Shown piece after piece: positions 42,896-53,322 of a stretch of DNA of 64,000 nucleotides. Positions within the stretch are counted from its first letter, which is position 1, and every line of letters begins with the position of its first letter. The notes beneath the pieces were generated by a model. That model was not told the DNA's origin. It was given only the letters and a program-made list of their open reading frames with translations, and made no database searches. A program made the position numbers and the translations under genes. Origin of the DNA: Bdellovibrionales bacterium (lineage in GTDB: Bacteria > Bdellovibrionota > Bdellovibrionia > Bdellovibrionales > JAUICD01); contig OZ253553.1 in NCBI GenBank assembly GCA_965262715.1, forward strand, positions 2,432,001 through 2,496,000, in the 5' to 3' direction.

Positions 42896-44077
42896 TTACT
42901 TCGAGCGGGAACAAAGGGTTTGAACAATGTCTTTTAACTGCTCTACTTTATTTTCTTTCTCCCAAGTGAAGGTATCTTCATCACGGCCAAAATGACCATA
43001 AGCAGATGTTTTTAAATATTTAGGAGATAACAAATCAAATTCTCTTATGATATTAGAAGGTGTTAAATCCCAAAGCTCTGAAATTGCCTTTATAAAAATT
43101 CCCTCACTGATTTTAGATGTACCAAAGGTATTTACCATCAACGCAATAGGCTGAGGCTGCCCAATAATATAAGAAAGCTGTAATAAACACTTATTTGCTA
43201 AGTTAGCTTTGACAATATTTTTTGCAATATGTCTTGCAGCATAAGCCGCAGACCTGTCAACTTTAGAAGGATCTTTTCCGCTAAAAGCACCCCCTCCATG
43301 GGCACCATGTCCTCCATAAGTGTCCACTATAATTTTTCTGCCTGTAAGTCCACAATCACCCATAGGCCCTCCAATCACAAATCGGCCATTAGGGTTTATA
43401 TTATATTTTGTTTTGTCATCTAAGAGCTTAGATGGCAAAGCTTTGAAAATCACTTCCTCCATAATAGCTGATTGAAACTTTTTATGGCTAGGATCTACAT
43501 CAGGGTGGTGCTGTGTGCTCACAACAACACGATCTATCCTCTTTGGAATGCCATTTCTATATTCCACAGTCACCTGACTCTTACTATCAGGCCAAATAAA
43601 ATCAATACGCTTTTCCCTTCTAACCTCATCTAATTTTTGAACTAAATAATGAGCATATTGTATAGAAGCAGGCATCAAACTAGCTGTCTCATTAACTGCA
43701 TAACCAAAAACAAACCCTTGATCGCCAGCACCTAACTCCTTAGTTTCTGTTGCTTGAATTCCATTAGCAATATCCTTGCTTTGCTCATCAATAGATGAAA
43801 TAACAGCACATGTCTTATAATCAAATCCCATTTCCGCATCTACATACCCAATATTTTTGATCGTATTTCTTACAATATGAGGAATGTCCAAATGCGCTCG
43901 AGTTGAAATCTCACCAGCAACCACAACCATTCCTGTAGTGATAAGAGACTCACAAGCTACACGACCAGTTATATCTTGAGTTAAAACCTCATCTAAAACA
44001 GCATCACTTAACTGATCAGCAATTTTATCAGGATGTCCTCTAGATACTGACTCACTTGTAAACAAACCATCCTGCAT
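42896..44077 (-). CDS. metK: S-adenosylmethionine synthetase
   Basis: [40 protein letters not shown]; start set at ATG 44077. Confidence 0.98.
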   Translation of the reverse strand: MQDGLFTSESVSRGHPDKIADQLSDAVLDEVLTQDITGRVACESLITTGMVVVAGEISTRAHLDIPHIVRNTIKNIGYVDAEMGFDYKTCAVISSIDEQSKDIANGIQATETKELGAGDQGFVFGYAVNETASLMPASIQYAHYLVQKLDEVRREKRIDFIWPDSKSQVTVEYRNGIPKRIDRVVVSTQHHPDVDPSHKKFQSAIMEEVIFKALPSKLLDDKTKYNINPNGRFVIGGPMGDCGLTGRKIIVDTYGGHGAHGGGAFSGKDPSKVDRSAAYAARHIAKNIVKANLANKCLLQLSYIIGQPQPIALMVNTFGTSKISEGIFIKAISELWDLTPSNIIREFDLLSPKYLKTSAYGHFGRDEDTFTWEKENKVEQLKDIVQTLCSRSK

Positions 44078-44174
44078 GAGACGCTCCAAAATGTGTCTAT
44101 AAGTTTTTAAGATACTTAAGATTGAGACTATAAAGAAATACAAAGATACGTCAATTATTTTTATACAAAATAAT

Positions 44175-44413
44175 GGTTTTGTTGCACAAATATTGACTCT
44201 ATTACATTGGGTTGTACCATTAGCGTCTTTGAGCAGGCTTGTGAGCTAGCTCAGGCCAGAGCATTATGAGAGGTAAAGATTTTAAAAGAATTTTTATTCT
44301 ATAATTAATTATAAAAATAATGGAAACTCATTGCTCGGGGGCTGCCTGCTGCTAGTGAAGAAGCTTGCCTAAAGACGCTACTTAATACATGCAAATATTT
44401 GTGCAACAAGGCC
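44175..44413. mobile_element. Complete 239-bp MITE with IS903-like TIRs and a 9-bp TSD, carrying cassette B
   Basis: ggttttgttgcacaaatatt...aatatttgtgcaacaaggcc; caaaataat duplicated at 44166-44174 and 44414-44422. Confidence 0.9.
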
Positions 44414-44462
44414 CAAAATAATAATAAGCTCTCACTAAGAATTTATAAAAAATCAAAAGCTA

Positions 44463-44807
44463 TTACAAATCACTAGATGCTTGCTGCTTTATTTTGTAAG
44501 GTCTACGAGCTTGAGATTGACGAGATTGAACAACAATGCCTCGTTTTTTAACAATTTGCCTACATATTTTACTGACGACTGATTTTATGGCCTGCTTAAC
44601 TTGCTTATGATGAGATTGCGCTAAATAGCTGACTCTGGCACCCTTCAAATGCCATTGCACATGATAGGAGTTGTTTTCAAAACGAATACCAATAACAGCT
44701 TGGCACCTTCTCCTTTCTAGGGTTTTGATTTTTACAAAATGAGATTCAATATATTGTAAAGTCTTTAGATTTTGCTTCTTACCTCGGACAGAACAAACAT
44801 AATTCAT
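44463..44807 (-). CDS. Divergent HPF/RaiA-like ribosome-associated protein
   Basis: Size and pattern (L..YIE..F.K; AI..VV.KI.RQI.K). Confidence 0.6.
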   Translation of the reverse strand: MNYVCSVRGKKQNLKTLQYIESHFVKIKTLERRRCQAVIGIRFENNSYHVQWHLKGARVSYLAQSHHKQVKQAIKSVVSKICRQIVKKRGIVVQSRQSQARRPYKIKQQASSDL

Positions 44808-44979
44808 ATAAGTTCCTCACTTTTAATAAAATTTCAATATAACCTTTATCGGACAGAACACGATCATAATCCAGTGATATTTTGTTAAGTTAAGTATAAA
44901 AAATATTTATATTTTATGATTTTGGAAGTATAAACAATAATTTAAAACACCTAACTCATTAAAATTTATTTTACATATT

Positions 44980-45618
44980 TTATGCATGCCCTAAAACATA
45001 TCCAATTAAAACAACCAATATCCAGCCAAAGACTGATACACCAACATAAGTGTTCCAACGTTTTTTCGATATAAAACCTGCTTCATCTATAACAATCCAT
45101 ATAACCAATGCACATCCTGCACAGATGCCAAAGGGAAACGCTAAACCCATCGTTACAGGAAAGGCAAATATACCTACAAAAAGCCCTGCAAGGATAGGTT
45201 CTAAAACTCCTGTAAAAAAAGTACACGGTGGATTCCAACATGTAGATGATCCATCCATTAGATACAATGACAAAGCAATACTAAATAATAAGCCAAAACT
45301 TAATATAAAAGAAAGTGTAAAAGCGCTTAATGCTGCTGCCTCAGGTATAGTATATAAATTTCTACGTATATTCTGTTGAATCAAAGCGATACTGCCAGGG
45401 ACTGCTGTGATCAAAAATACTACGGTTAAAACTGAAACTATGAGCCAGGCCTCTTTGAGTACTGGTAAACTCATCCACATACCAAGCACGGCAATAAATT
45501 CAAAAACAAAAAATAAAATCCAACTAATGATGACAACTCGACCTATTTTCTTCCAACATAATTTATCTAGAAGGTCGATATTCCTAAAAGACTCTAAGAA
45601 ACCAATAAAATAGCTCAT
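44980..45618 (-). CDS. Multi-pass membrane protein
   Basis: Five to six hydrophobic segments. Confidence 0.75.
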   Translation of the reverse strand: MSYFIGFLESFRNIDLLDKLCWKKIGRVVIISWILFFVFEFIAVLGMWMSLPVLKEAWLIVSVLTVVFLITAVPGSIALIQQNIRRNLYTIPEAAALSAFTLSFILSFGLLFSIALSLYLMDGSSTCWNPPCTFFTGVLEPILAGLFVGIFAFPVTMGLAFPFGICAGCALVIWIVIDEAGFISKKRWNTYVGVSVFGWILVVLIGYVLGHA

Positions 45619-45702
45619 TACCTTATCCTTTTACTAAAAGTAAAACCTATTTATATCTTTATTTATCGGTTTATAATTTGGTTTAAAGCATCAAATCATT
45701 GC

Positions 45703-46941
45703 TCAAAAGATTTTTTCCCTGTGTTGAGTTTGCTTATAAGTTGAAGCAGGTTTAAAATTTATTTCCTTTTCTGTTTCTTTAGGGACTCTTATAAGGTTAG
45801 ATCTAATACTAGTGAGCAGCTCATAACAAGTCATGTCTAACTTGCCTGCTTGTTCTTCAATAGGTAAATAAACTTTCTGACTCAGGCCAAAGATAACCAC
45901 TTTTGTTCCTATTTGCACGTTGACCTTTATATCTGTAAGATCTACTAGACAGCAATTCATGCGGATCACTCCAATTTGTGGCACTTTTTGACCTTCAATT
46001 AAAAAATACATCTGCTGATGGTTCAAATGCCTTTTTAAACCATCAGAATAGCCTACAGGAATTAGCCCAATAATAGATAGTCTTTTTGCTGTCCACTCAT
46101 GTCCATAAGAAACAGACATACCCTTCTCTATTTTTCTAATAGTGATGAGCTTTGTCTCAAAACTCATCACAGGCTTCAAGTCTATAGATACATCTTTGTG
46201 AGTTGAGGGCTTAACTCCATAAAGAGCAATGCCTGGCCTTGCTCCTATGCCAATATCACCTTCCAATAAAAGACATGCGCTATTTTGATAATGATAGTTT
46301 TGGTGACCAAATACCTTTTGTACTTTTGAAAATTCTTTTTGTTGCAAAAAAGTACATCCACCTTCTAATCCTGCATCATAAGATTTTGCAAGATGAGTGG
46401 ATATACCTTTAAGATGTAAATAAGGGTTTTGACTTAACTGATTTTTAATAAATGCAGCCTCGCAAGTCAAAAAACCATAACAATGCAGCCCTGTATTGAA
46501 CTTTAGATGTATATCTAAATGTTTATGAACGTTTTTAAACTTAAAAAAATCCGACATTTGACCAATAACAGGAGTTAACCGGCTATCAAAACATGCCTGA
46601 ATTTCATCATAACTATAATCAGCAGTGAATATCAAAATGGGTATGTCTCTTTTTAACAAAGATCTAACATAAACACCTTCTTCGACAGAAGACACTACAA
46701 AACCATCTACGTCCTCTCTTTCTAATACGGGAACAACAACAGACAAATCATGTCCATAAGCATCAGTCTTAACAACAGGATAAAAAAAATGAGGTCCCAG
46801 ATGTTTTTTTAAAACTCTTACATTATGTCCTAAATGAGATAAGTTGATATGAACTTGTGTCTTTTCAGAATCAAAATATCTCATATTTCCTCTCTCTAAC
46901 AGACCCTCTAAATTTTTATAACAAATAAAATTTGATGCCAT
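45703..46941 (-). CDS. alr: Alanine racemase family protein (ATG at 46884 likely)
   Basis: VVKTDAYGH, RPGIALYG, VSYG, GYSDG. Confidence 0.85.
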   Translation of the reverse strand: MASNFICYKNLEGLLERGNMRYFDSEKTQVHINLSHLGHNVRVLKKHLGPHFFYPVVKTDAYGHDLSVVVPVLEREDVDGFVVSSVEEGVYVRSLLKRDIPILIFTADYSYDEIQACFDSRLTPVIGQMSDFFKFKNVHKHLDIHLKFNTGLHCYGFLTCEAAFIKNQLSQNPYLHLKGISTHLAKSYDAGLEGGCTFLQQKEFSKVQKVFGHQNYHYQNSACLLLEGDIGIGARPGIALYGVKPSTHKDVSIDLKPVMSFETKLITIRKIEKGMSVSYGHEWTAKRLSIIGLIPVGYSDGLKRHLNHQQMYFLIEGQKVPQIGVIRMNCCLVDLTDIKVNVQIGTKVVIFGLSQKVYLPIEEQAGKLDMTCYELLTSIRSNLIRVPKETEKEINFKPASTYKQTQHREKIF

Positions 46942-46944
46942 TTT

Positions 46945-47030
46945 ATCCGGGATCCGGTAATCAAGTATTCTGGCAAGCAGTTGCCGGCAACTGCTTGCCG
47001 GATTGCCAGTCTGCCTACTTCCCGGAAAAG
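46945..47030. repeat. CCGG/CCAG-rich degenerate tract containing a palindrome
   Basis: ggcaagcagttgccggcaactgcttgcc. Confidence 0.75.
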
Positions 47031-47108
47031 CAGCTCACTTCTTTACACCAAAAAAACCTTCTTTGAGCATTATACTTAACTGTTAAGGATTGTCTATCTT
47101 TTATCAAA

Positions 47109-49235
47109 TTAGAAAGGGCGGCGGGGGTTCATGGTCTCGCCAGAACTACCATCATTACCTAAACGCAGATCATCTGACATTAGGTATCTTCTAGAGACTA
47201 ATTTCACAGAATAACCCATACGTCCGCCGATCCCACAAGATCCAGGGAGAGATTCTGCTGTTAACGATGATGATGTGAGATCTCCTTCGGTACTACATTT
47301 ACCAAACTGCTCATCAATATTAGGGACCCAGCCCGTCAATAGATGCTTCCAGTCCTTAACAAACCATTTTGCTGCTTCCACTCGCCCTACAGGAGTGTAA
47401 GAAGAAGAAATAATGCCTGGCAACGGCATAGCCTCAGTTGCTCCAGGGTTATTTGCCCAAGCCCATTGGTCAAAGACACCAAAAAGATTAGAGTCATATC
47501 CAATATTGGAATTACCTCCAATATCAAGTGTTGTCCTTCTAAATTCAAGGTCTTCAGTAGAAATATCAGCATGATTCCTATAAAACCGAGGATCAATTGA
47601 ATAATAAGTGATATCAAAAAGATCAGGTGATACTGCCATAATCTCCATAAGACGGGCCTCTGTAAAGGGGTCAGCGCCATTCCGCAACACAAGAGGATCA
47701 TACTTAGGTGAGAGAAAACCCTCCCCATCATGAAAATCCAAATAAGAAAGTTTGTTTGGTGTCAAAGAATCTTTATAAACACGCAAGGCAGCAAAAGATT
47801 TAAGACCATGGGGATCCCCTGGATACCTGGCATAATTTGGGGATGCTGTACCAACATCAAGAGGGTCAGGCAGGCTAAAAGGACTACCTGGATCACTCAC
47901 CGGGGGTAGAGTGTCATCAATCCTTATATCAGCTTTAGATTTACCTGCACCACTTGGCCAAGATTCATACATCCATGGACCTATTTTGCCTCCAAAAGGC
48001 TTAGCAAAAGCTTTTGCTGTCATAGTTAAAACATTGCTGCCTACAAAAGGAGAGAAAGGTTCTTTGGGAGAGGTTTTAACATAAACTCCAGAGTAAACCA
48101 TATACCAAGGATTCTTTTCATAACCAATGATAGTATTTAAATTAAGATCAGGAGGCTCACTATCAGCCGCGGGAGCTCCTGTTGCTTGCTGAGTAGTATA
48201 GTACCTCAAAGGATCTATAATAATTCCCTGTATATGACTATACTCACCTATATTCACAGGCAAAGTAAAATGTGGCCTTGGTATGTAATTACATGAAGTA
48301 CTGCTTCCGACTTTCCAATCAGAATCCGTGTAATAAACGACTGTATAAAGAGGCCTTTCAACAAGCCACTGGTCCCACTCGACACCCTCCATAGAGTTAA
48401 ATAGCTTAAAATCATCATCATCACCATTATCCAACGCCTCTCGATTAGAACGTGTTAAGTTATTTCTAAATGTTTCACGAGCACCAGCTTTAATAGAATT
48501 ATTATGTAAATCAAGGCCATCTCTTAACTTTTCAGCAAGTTCCTTAATGGCTTTTTTTCTATGATAAAGGGCTTTTATATAAGCCCTCAACCATGTGGTA
48601 GCTACAATCCAATTTGTTGTTCCATGTAATATACATATATCTCTCTGCTGTATTAAGCTTGCTACAGCTTCGTCTTTTATAAACTGATTAAAAGCTTGAT
48701 TAAATCCAAAGACTGAAGGTGGCTGAATACCAGAAATGGTGCGAATTGATGTGCTGCATGCATTGCTAGGTCTGTCACCAGGAGAAGGAAGAGGGTAAAG
48801 ATCTCCTAAAAACTCTTTCTCAAGCCAGAAAGAAGCAACTTGGGTACAAACTGAAGGTGCATCCCAGTCCTCGTCACCTTCAACAGCACGATTTGGTGAT
48901 TTGAAAGGATGAGGTAATTGAAAAGGAGCCCCTGACCGATCATTACCAAGGCCAACAGTTCCAAACCCTCTTATACGAAAACTTAGCAGTTTCCAATGCT
49001 GCCTAATTTGATAATTCAAATGCGCAATAGCATTAAGAACCTCAGCCTGTTTTTGAGCGGCATAATAAGCTGCTAGATCTGCTGAAGTTTGCAGATTGAT
49101 CTTATCATGTACCACAAGCCCTATATTAATGGTCATAGCAAAAAAAACAAATAATACAGGAAAAATCAATACCAATAATATAGAAATTTGACCACTTTTT
49201 TGTGAATGAGAAACCTTCCACTGTTTTTTCATCAA
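47109..49235 (-). CDS. TadG-like pilus-associated protein with a large C-terminal domain
   Basis: SGQISILL plus TM, INIG.VV..KI.LQ..AD.AA..AA. Confidence 0.8.
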   Translation of the reverse strand: MMKKQWKVSHSQKSGQISILLVLIFPVLFVFFAMTINIGLVVHDKINLQTSADLAAYYAAQKQAEVLNAIAHLNYQIRQHWKLLSFRIRGFGTVGLGNDRSGAPFQLPHPFKSPNRAVEGDEDWDAPSVCTQVASFWLEKEFLGDLYPLPSPGDRPSNACSTSIRTISGIQPPSVFGFNQAFNQFIKDEAVASLIQQRDICILHGTTNWIVATTWLRAYIKALYHRKKAIKELAEKLRDGLDLHNNSIKAGARETFRNNLTRSNREALDNGDDDDFKLFNSMEGVEWDQWLVERPLYTVVYYTDSDWKVGSSTSCNYIPRPHFTLPVNIGEYSHIQGIIIDPLRYYTTQQATGAPAADSEPPDLNLNTIIGYEKNPWYMVYSGVYVKTSPKEPFSPFVGSNVLTMTAKAFAKPFGGKIGPWMYESWPSGAGKSKADIRIDDTLPPVSDPGSPFSLPDPLDVGTASPNYARYPGDPHGLKSFAALRVYKDSLTPNKLSYLDFHDGEGFLSPKYDPLVLRNGADPFTEARLMEIMAVSPDLFDITYYSIDPRFYRNHADISTEDLEFRRTTLDIGGNSNIGYDSNLFGVFDQWAWANNPGATEAMPLPGIISSSYTPVGRVEAAKWFVKDWKHLLTGWVPNIDEQFGKCSTEGDLTSSSLTAESLPGSCGIGGRMGYSVKLVSRRYLMSDDLRLGNDGSSGETMNPRRPF

Positions 49236-49319
49236 TATTCCTAGATACTTTAAGTCAATTCAAACGTCCTAATCCCCTATATATGTAACTATTTCGGTAA
49301 AATAATTCCACAACCTAAG

Positions 49320-49580
49320 CTCCCTCAAAATAAACTAGCCTCTCGAGGCAAGCCTCTCTCGAGACTTGTTTTTGGCTATTTTTGGGCAGTCAGCTGAAGA
49401 CTCACGTTACGGGATGTGTTCCCTTCTAAGCTTGAGTAAGAAAGTCAACTTCATATCAATAGACCTATTTTTTATCTGTAACTCACTGTATCCAGAATGT
49501 CTCTTCAGTTTCCAAGGTCTGGCTTCTGGATCCCGTTTGCCGGGAATCTTCTGCCGGAATGCCAGATCCCGGATAAATGA
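49320..49580 (-). repeat. Partial cassette A plus CCGG-rich tract
   Basis: tttttgggcagtcagctgaagactcacgttacgggatgtg matches the reverse complement of the 53140-53190 region. Confidence 0.75.
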
Positions 49581-49620
49581 AGACGCTTAGATAAGAAAGA
49601 GTATCTTAGTGTATAAAATA

Positions 49621-49786
49621 AAAAGTGTAACCTATGTGTCCAGAACGGACCTTCTGCAACCGGTTCCCAGTGACTGCTTGCCAGATTCCCAGAAAATTAT
49701 TTTAAATACATTCTGGATATATAACACTTTCATTTTCTTATAATAACTCCATTAAGGTCCATTCTGAGATCATAGGTTACACTTTT
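49621..49786. repeat. 33-bp imperfect inverted repeats resembling IS481-family ends
   Basis: aaaagtgtaacctatgtgtccagaacggacctt / aaggtccattctgagatcataggttacactttt. Confidence 0.75.
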
Positions 49787-49850
49787 CTTTGAATTTTCAT
49801 GGACATATTGCTCCTTATCTATAAAAATTGACCTTGAAGGACAAAGGCAA

Positions 49851-50771
49851 GTGACTTATTTTTTTCTACAGCGTATTTTCACAACAATACCTATTGTTTT
49901 TGGAGTTGTAACATTTACATTCCTACTCATTCACTTTATCCCAGGAGATCCTGTTGACATAATGCTGGGAGATCAAGCCTCATTAATAGATAGACAAGCA
50001 CTTCAAAAAGAACTAGGTCTTGATAAGCCTATTTTAGAGCAATATATTTCTTTTTTAAGTGGCCTTATCCGTCTCGATTTGGGACGATCTCTCTTAAACC
50101 AAAGACCTGTTATAAATGAGATTTTAAGCACACTGCCTGCAACTATTGAACTGACACTTGCAACTATGTTTTGGACTATTCTTATTGGCATCCCACTAGG
50201 TATGATAGCTGCTGTCAAACAATACTCTTTTATTGATAATATGGTTTTAGTCATAGGACTTCTGGGTATGTCCATACCTCATTTTTGGTTAGGGCCTATG
50301 TTGATTTTATTATTTTCTATCCAATTAGACTTGCTGCCCGTCAGTGAACGAGGCGGATTAGAACACTTGATACTTCCATCGTTAAGTCTTGGACTTGCTC
50401 TTTCAGCTATCCTTATGAGGATGACAAGAGCATCAGTACTGGAAGTGATCAAAAGTGATTATATTCGCACTGCAAAAGCAAAAGGATTATCTCCTTTCTT
50501 TATATATTTTAAACATGCGCTCAGGAATGCTCTTATTCCAATTATCACAATCATTGGATTACAATTTGGCGCTCTCATCACAGGCGCTGTGATCACAGAG
50601 ACAATTTTTGATTGGCCAGGAATTGGCACACTCTTTTATAATAGCATCCAACAACGCAATTACCCATTAGTGCAAGGATGTATTTTATTTATTTCATTAA
50701 GTTATGTGATTGTGAATTTTGCGACAGATATAGTGTATACAATGGTGAATCCTAAAATAAGATTAACATAA
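49851..50771 (+). CDS. Peptide ABC transporter permease (DppB/OppB-like)
   Basis: IPGDP, LGLDKP..QY, DYIRTAKAKGL, KHALRNA, ETIFDWPG. Confidence 0.93.
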   Translation: MTYFFLQRIFTTIPIVFGVVTFTFLLIHFIPGDPVDIMLGDQASLIDRQALQKELGLDKPILEQYISFLSGLIRLDLGRSLLNQRPVINEILSTLPATIELTLATMFWTILIGIPLGMIAAVKQYSFIDNMVLVIGLLGMSIPHFWLGPMLILLFSIQLDLLPVSERGGLEHLILPSLSLGLALSAILMRMTRASVLEVIKSDYIRTAKAKGLSPFFIYFKHALRNALIPIITIIGLQFGALITGAVITETIFDWPGIGTLFYNSIQQRNYPLVQGCILFISLSYVIVNFATDIVYTMVNPKIRLT

Positions 50772-50999
50772 TTTTTAATTATAAAGGAATTATTGTATAA
50801 ATATGAGAAGCTATCTTAAAACCTTGAATTTATTATAATAACTACCTCTTCCGGCCTTCTGAAAGTCAGGCAATCCGGCAACAGGCCCAGAAAACTGCCA
50901 TCTAAACTATTGGATTGCCGAATTTCTGGAAATTAAGGAAGCAAGCAGCTTATTTATAGAAATATTTCTACAAAAAACTACTTATAAGTATGGAAACCA

Positions 51000-51842
51000 T
51001 TGATAGTGATAAATAATATTTTTGCAAGAACTCTAAACTATAAATTCACACTTATTTACATAGGGGGAGGAATCATTCTCTTTATGATCATCATTGCTAT
51101 CTTAGCACCTATTATTGCGCCCTATGATCCAAATAATATGTCTTTACAAAATCAATTTGAACCACCATCTATCGCACATCCTTTTGGTTTAGACCAAAAT
51201 GGATCTGATGTCTTTTCTCAGGTTATTTATGGCGCAAGGGTAAGCCTTTTAGTAGCTCTCGTAGTCGTTTCTATTTGTTTAATAATAGGTTTACTAGTTG
51301 GTTGTTTAGCTGGTTTTTTTGGTGGTATTACAGATCAAATTTTTATGCGCATTATTGATATGTTTTGCGCCTTCCCTGGGTTTTTATTAGCTATTTCTCT
51401 TGTAGCTATTTTAGGTCCATCAATTTCAAATCTTATATTGGCAATGAGTTTAACAGGTTGGGCCAGTTATGCTCGATTGATCCGTGGTGAGTTTTTACAT
51501 CTCAAGTCACAGGATTATGTCATTGCATGTGAGGCACTAGGAGGAAGCCCTCTAAGGCAAATTATTTTCCATATCTTACCAAATTTAACAGGGGCTTTAG
51601 TTGTACAATCTAGTTTTTTTATGGCAGGAACAATTATTTCTGAATCTTCTCTGAGCTTTTTGGGCTTAGGAGCGCCTCCCACTACCCCTACATGGGGTAG
51701 TTTGTTAAACGCAGGACGAGTGGTCCTTATAGAAGCTCCACATGTAAGTATTTTTCCTGGTATGGCAATTATCCTGTTGGTTTTAGCGTTCAATCTTTTT
51801 GGAGATGGATTGCGTGATCTTTTAGACCCTCAAAAAAGTTGA
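51000..51842 (+). CDS. Peptide ABC transporter permease (DppC/OppC-like)
   Basis: HPFGLD..G.DV, YGARVSL, LSFLGLG, GDGLRD. Confidence 0.93.
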   Translation: MIVINNIFARTLNYKFTLIYIGGGIILFMIIIAILAPIIAPYDPNNMSLQNQFEPPSIAHPFGLDQNGSDVFSQVIYGARVSLLVALVVVSICLIIGLLVGCLAGFFGGITDQIFMRIIDMFCAFPGFLLAISLVAILGPSISNLILAMSLTGWASYARLIRGEFLHLKSQDYVIACEALGGSPLRQIIFHILPNLTGALVVQSSFFMAGTIISESSLSFLGLGAPPTTPTWGSLLNAGRVVLIEAPHVSIFPGMAIILLVLAFNLFGDGLRDLLDPQKS

Positions 51843-51904
51843 ACTTTGAAATAATAAAGTGATTTTGAATTGACTTTTATTCTATTAATTTTATTGTCAT
51901 AATT

Positions 51905-53005
51905 ATGAAAGACCTCAGGCACCTTATCAACCAAACCCTTATTATAGGCATTAAAGGAACATCTTTAACTTCAGAAGAGGCTCAGCTACTTGCAAAAGAA
52001 AATATAGGTGGTGTTATTCTCTTTGATCGCAATATGGAATCACTCAAACAGTTACACAATTTGATCAATCATATCCAAACATTAGCTGTAAAATCTCCTG
52101 GCCAAAAACACGCATTCATAGCCGTTGATATGGAGGGAGGCCGAGTACAAAGACTTAAATCCCCCTTCACCCTATGGCCAACAATGCACCAGCTAGGCCT
52201 GCATAACTCACCCTCTCTTGCTTTTGATTTTGCTTCAACACTAGGTAAAGAAATTAGGTCTGTTGGAATTAATATCAATTTTGCTCCTTGTTTAGATGTA
52301 CTAACTTGCCAGGAAAACCATACAATAGGAGATCGCGCCTTAAGTAACGATACAGAAATTGTAGAACGACTAGGCTCAGCTATCGTTAGAGGTTTTATGA
52401 AAGAAGACATTGTACCTTGTGCGAAGCACTTTCCAGGACACGGGTCTACAAAGATAGACAGCCACTTAGAACTACCTATAGAAGATATTTCTTTAAAAGC
52501 CCTTAAACAAAAACATTTACCGCCTTTCTATAGAGCTTTTAGAACTAAATTGCACCTTTTAATGACAGCTCATATTAAATACCCAAGTATTGATCCTGAC
52601 TGGCCTGCAACTTTATCAGAGAAGATACTTAAAGGAATTGCTCGAGATAAAATGGATTATAGAAATCTTATCATATCCGATGATTTAGATATGAAAGCCT
52701 TAAGAAACCATTGGTCTGTAAAAGATATCGCCGTGCAAGCTACTAAAGCAGGTTGCAATTTACTTCTTTATTGCAATGATTTTGAATCTCCACATATCGC
52801 AGCAGATGCTATTGAAGAGGCTGTTAACAATGACACCATAAATAAAACACGGATTATTCGAAATCATCAAAAAATAACTAAGCTTAAAAGCACCATCCCT
52901 TTTAAAAGATTTAGCTATCAAGAAGTCTTACAAATTGTTGGACAGACAAATTATCAAGTTTTATCTCAATTGATTGCCTCTAATGAAAAAATTAAAAGCC
53001 CTTAG
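51905..53005 (+). CDS. nagZ: Beta-N-acetylhexosaminidase (GH3)
   Basis: DMEGGRVQR, KHFPGHG....DSH, SDDLDM. Confidence 0.93.
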   Translation: MKDLRHLINQTLIIGIKGTSLTSEEAQLLAKENIGGVILFDRNMESLKQLHNLINHIQTLAVKSPGQKHAFIAVDMEGGRVQRLKSPFTLWPTMHQLGLHNSPSLAFDFASTLGKEIRSVGININFAPCLDVLTCQENHTIGDRALSNDTEIVERLGSAIVRGFMKEDIVPCAKHFPGHGSTKIDSHLELPIEDISLKALKQKHLPPFYRAFRTKLHLLMTAHIKYPSIDPDWPATLSEKILKGIARDKMDYRNLIISDDLDMKALRNHWSVKDIAVQATKAGCNLLLYCNDFESPHIAADAIEEAVNNDTINKTRIIRNHQKITKLKSTIPFKRFSYQEVLQIVGQTNYQVLSQLIASNEKIKSP

Positions 53006-53024
53006 AATGTGCATAACTCACAGT

Positions 53025-53300
53025 GGCTTTGTTGCACAAACATATATAGAAAGAAAAATATTTTCCCTAACATTATGTTAAGAATAAGTAGTATCTCCCT
53101 CCTAAAAATAAACAGGTTTTTGAGGTAGTCAGCTTTTTACTGAAGGGGATACATCCCGTAGCGTGAGCCTTCATGCTGACTACCCAAAAACTGCTAGAAG
53201 CTCGCCTCGAGAGGTTCGCCTCGAAGATTCGCCTCGAGAGGTAGGTTTATTTTTAGGGAAATGAAATAAATGCAATTATTTATTTTTGAGATGGCTTCTA
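53025..53300 (+). mobile_element. Chimeric MITE: IS903-like left end, cassette A, different right end (ttttgagatggcttcta)
   Basis: ggctttgttgcacaaa at 53025; stem 53101-53113 / 53245-53257. Confidence 0.8.
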
Positions 53301-53322
53301 ATCTTTTTACACTGCAATAATA

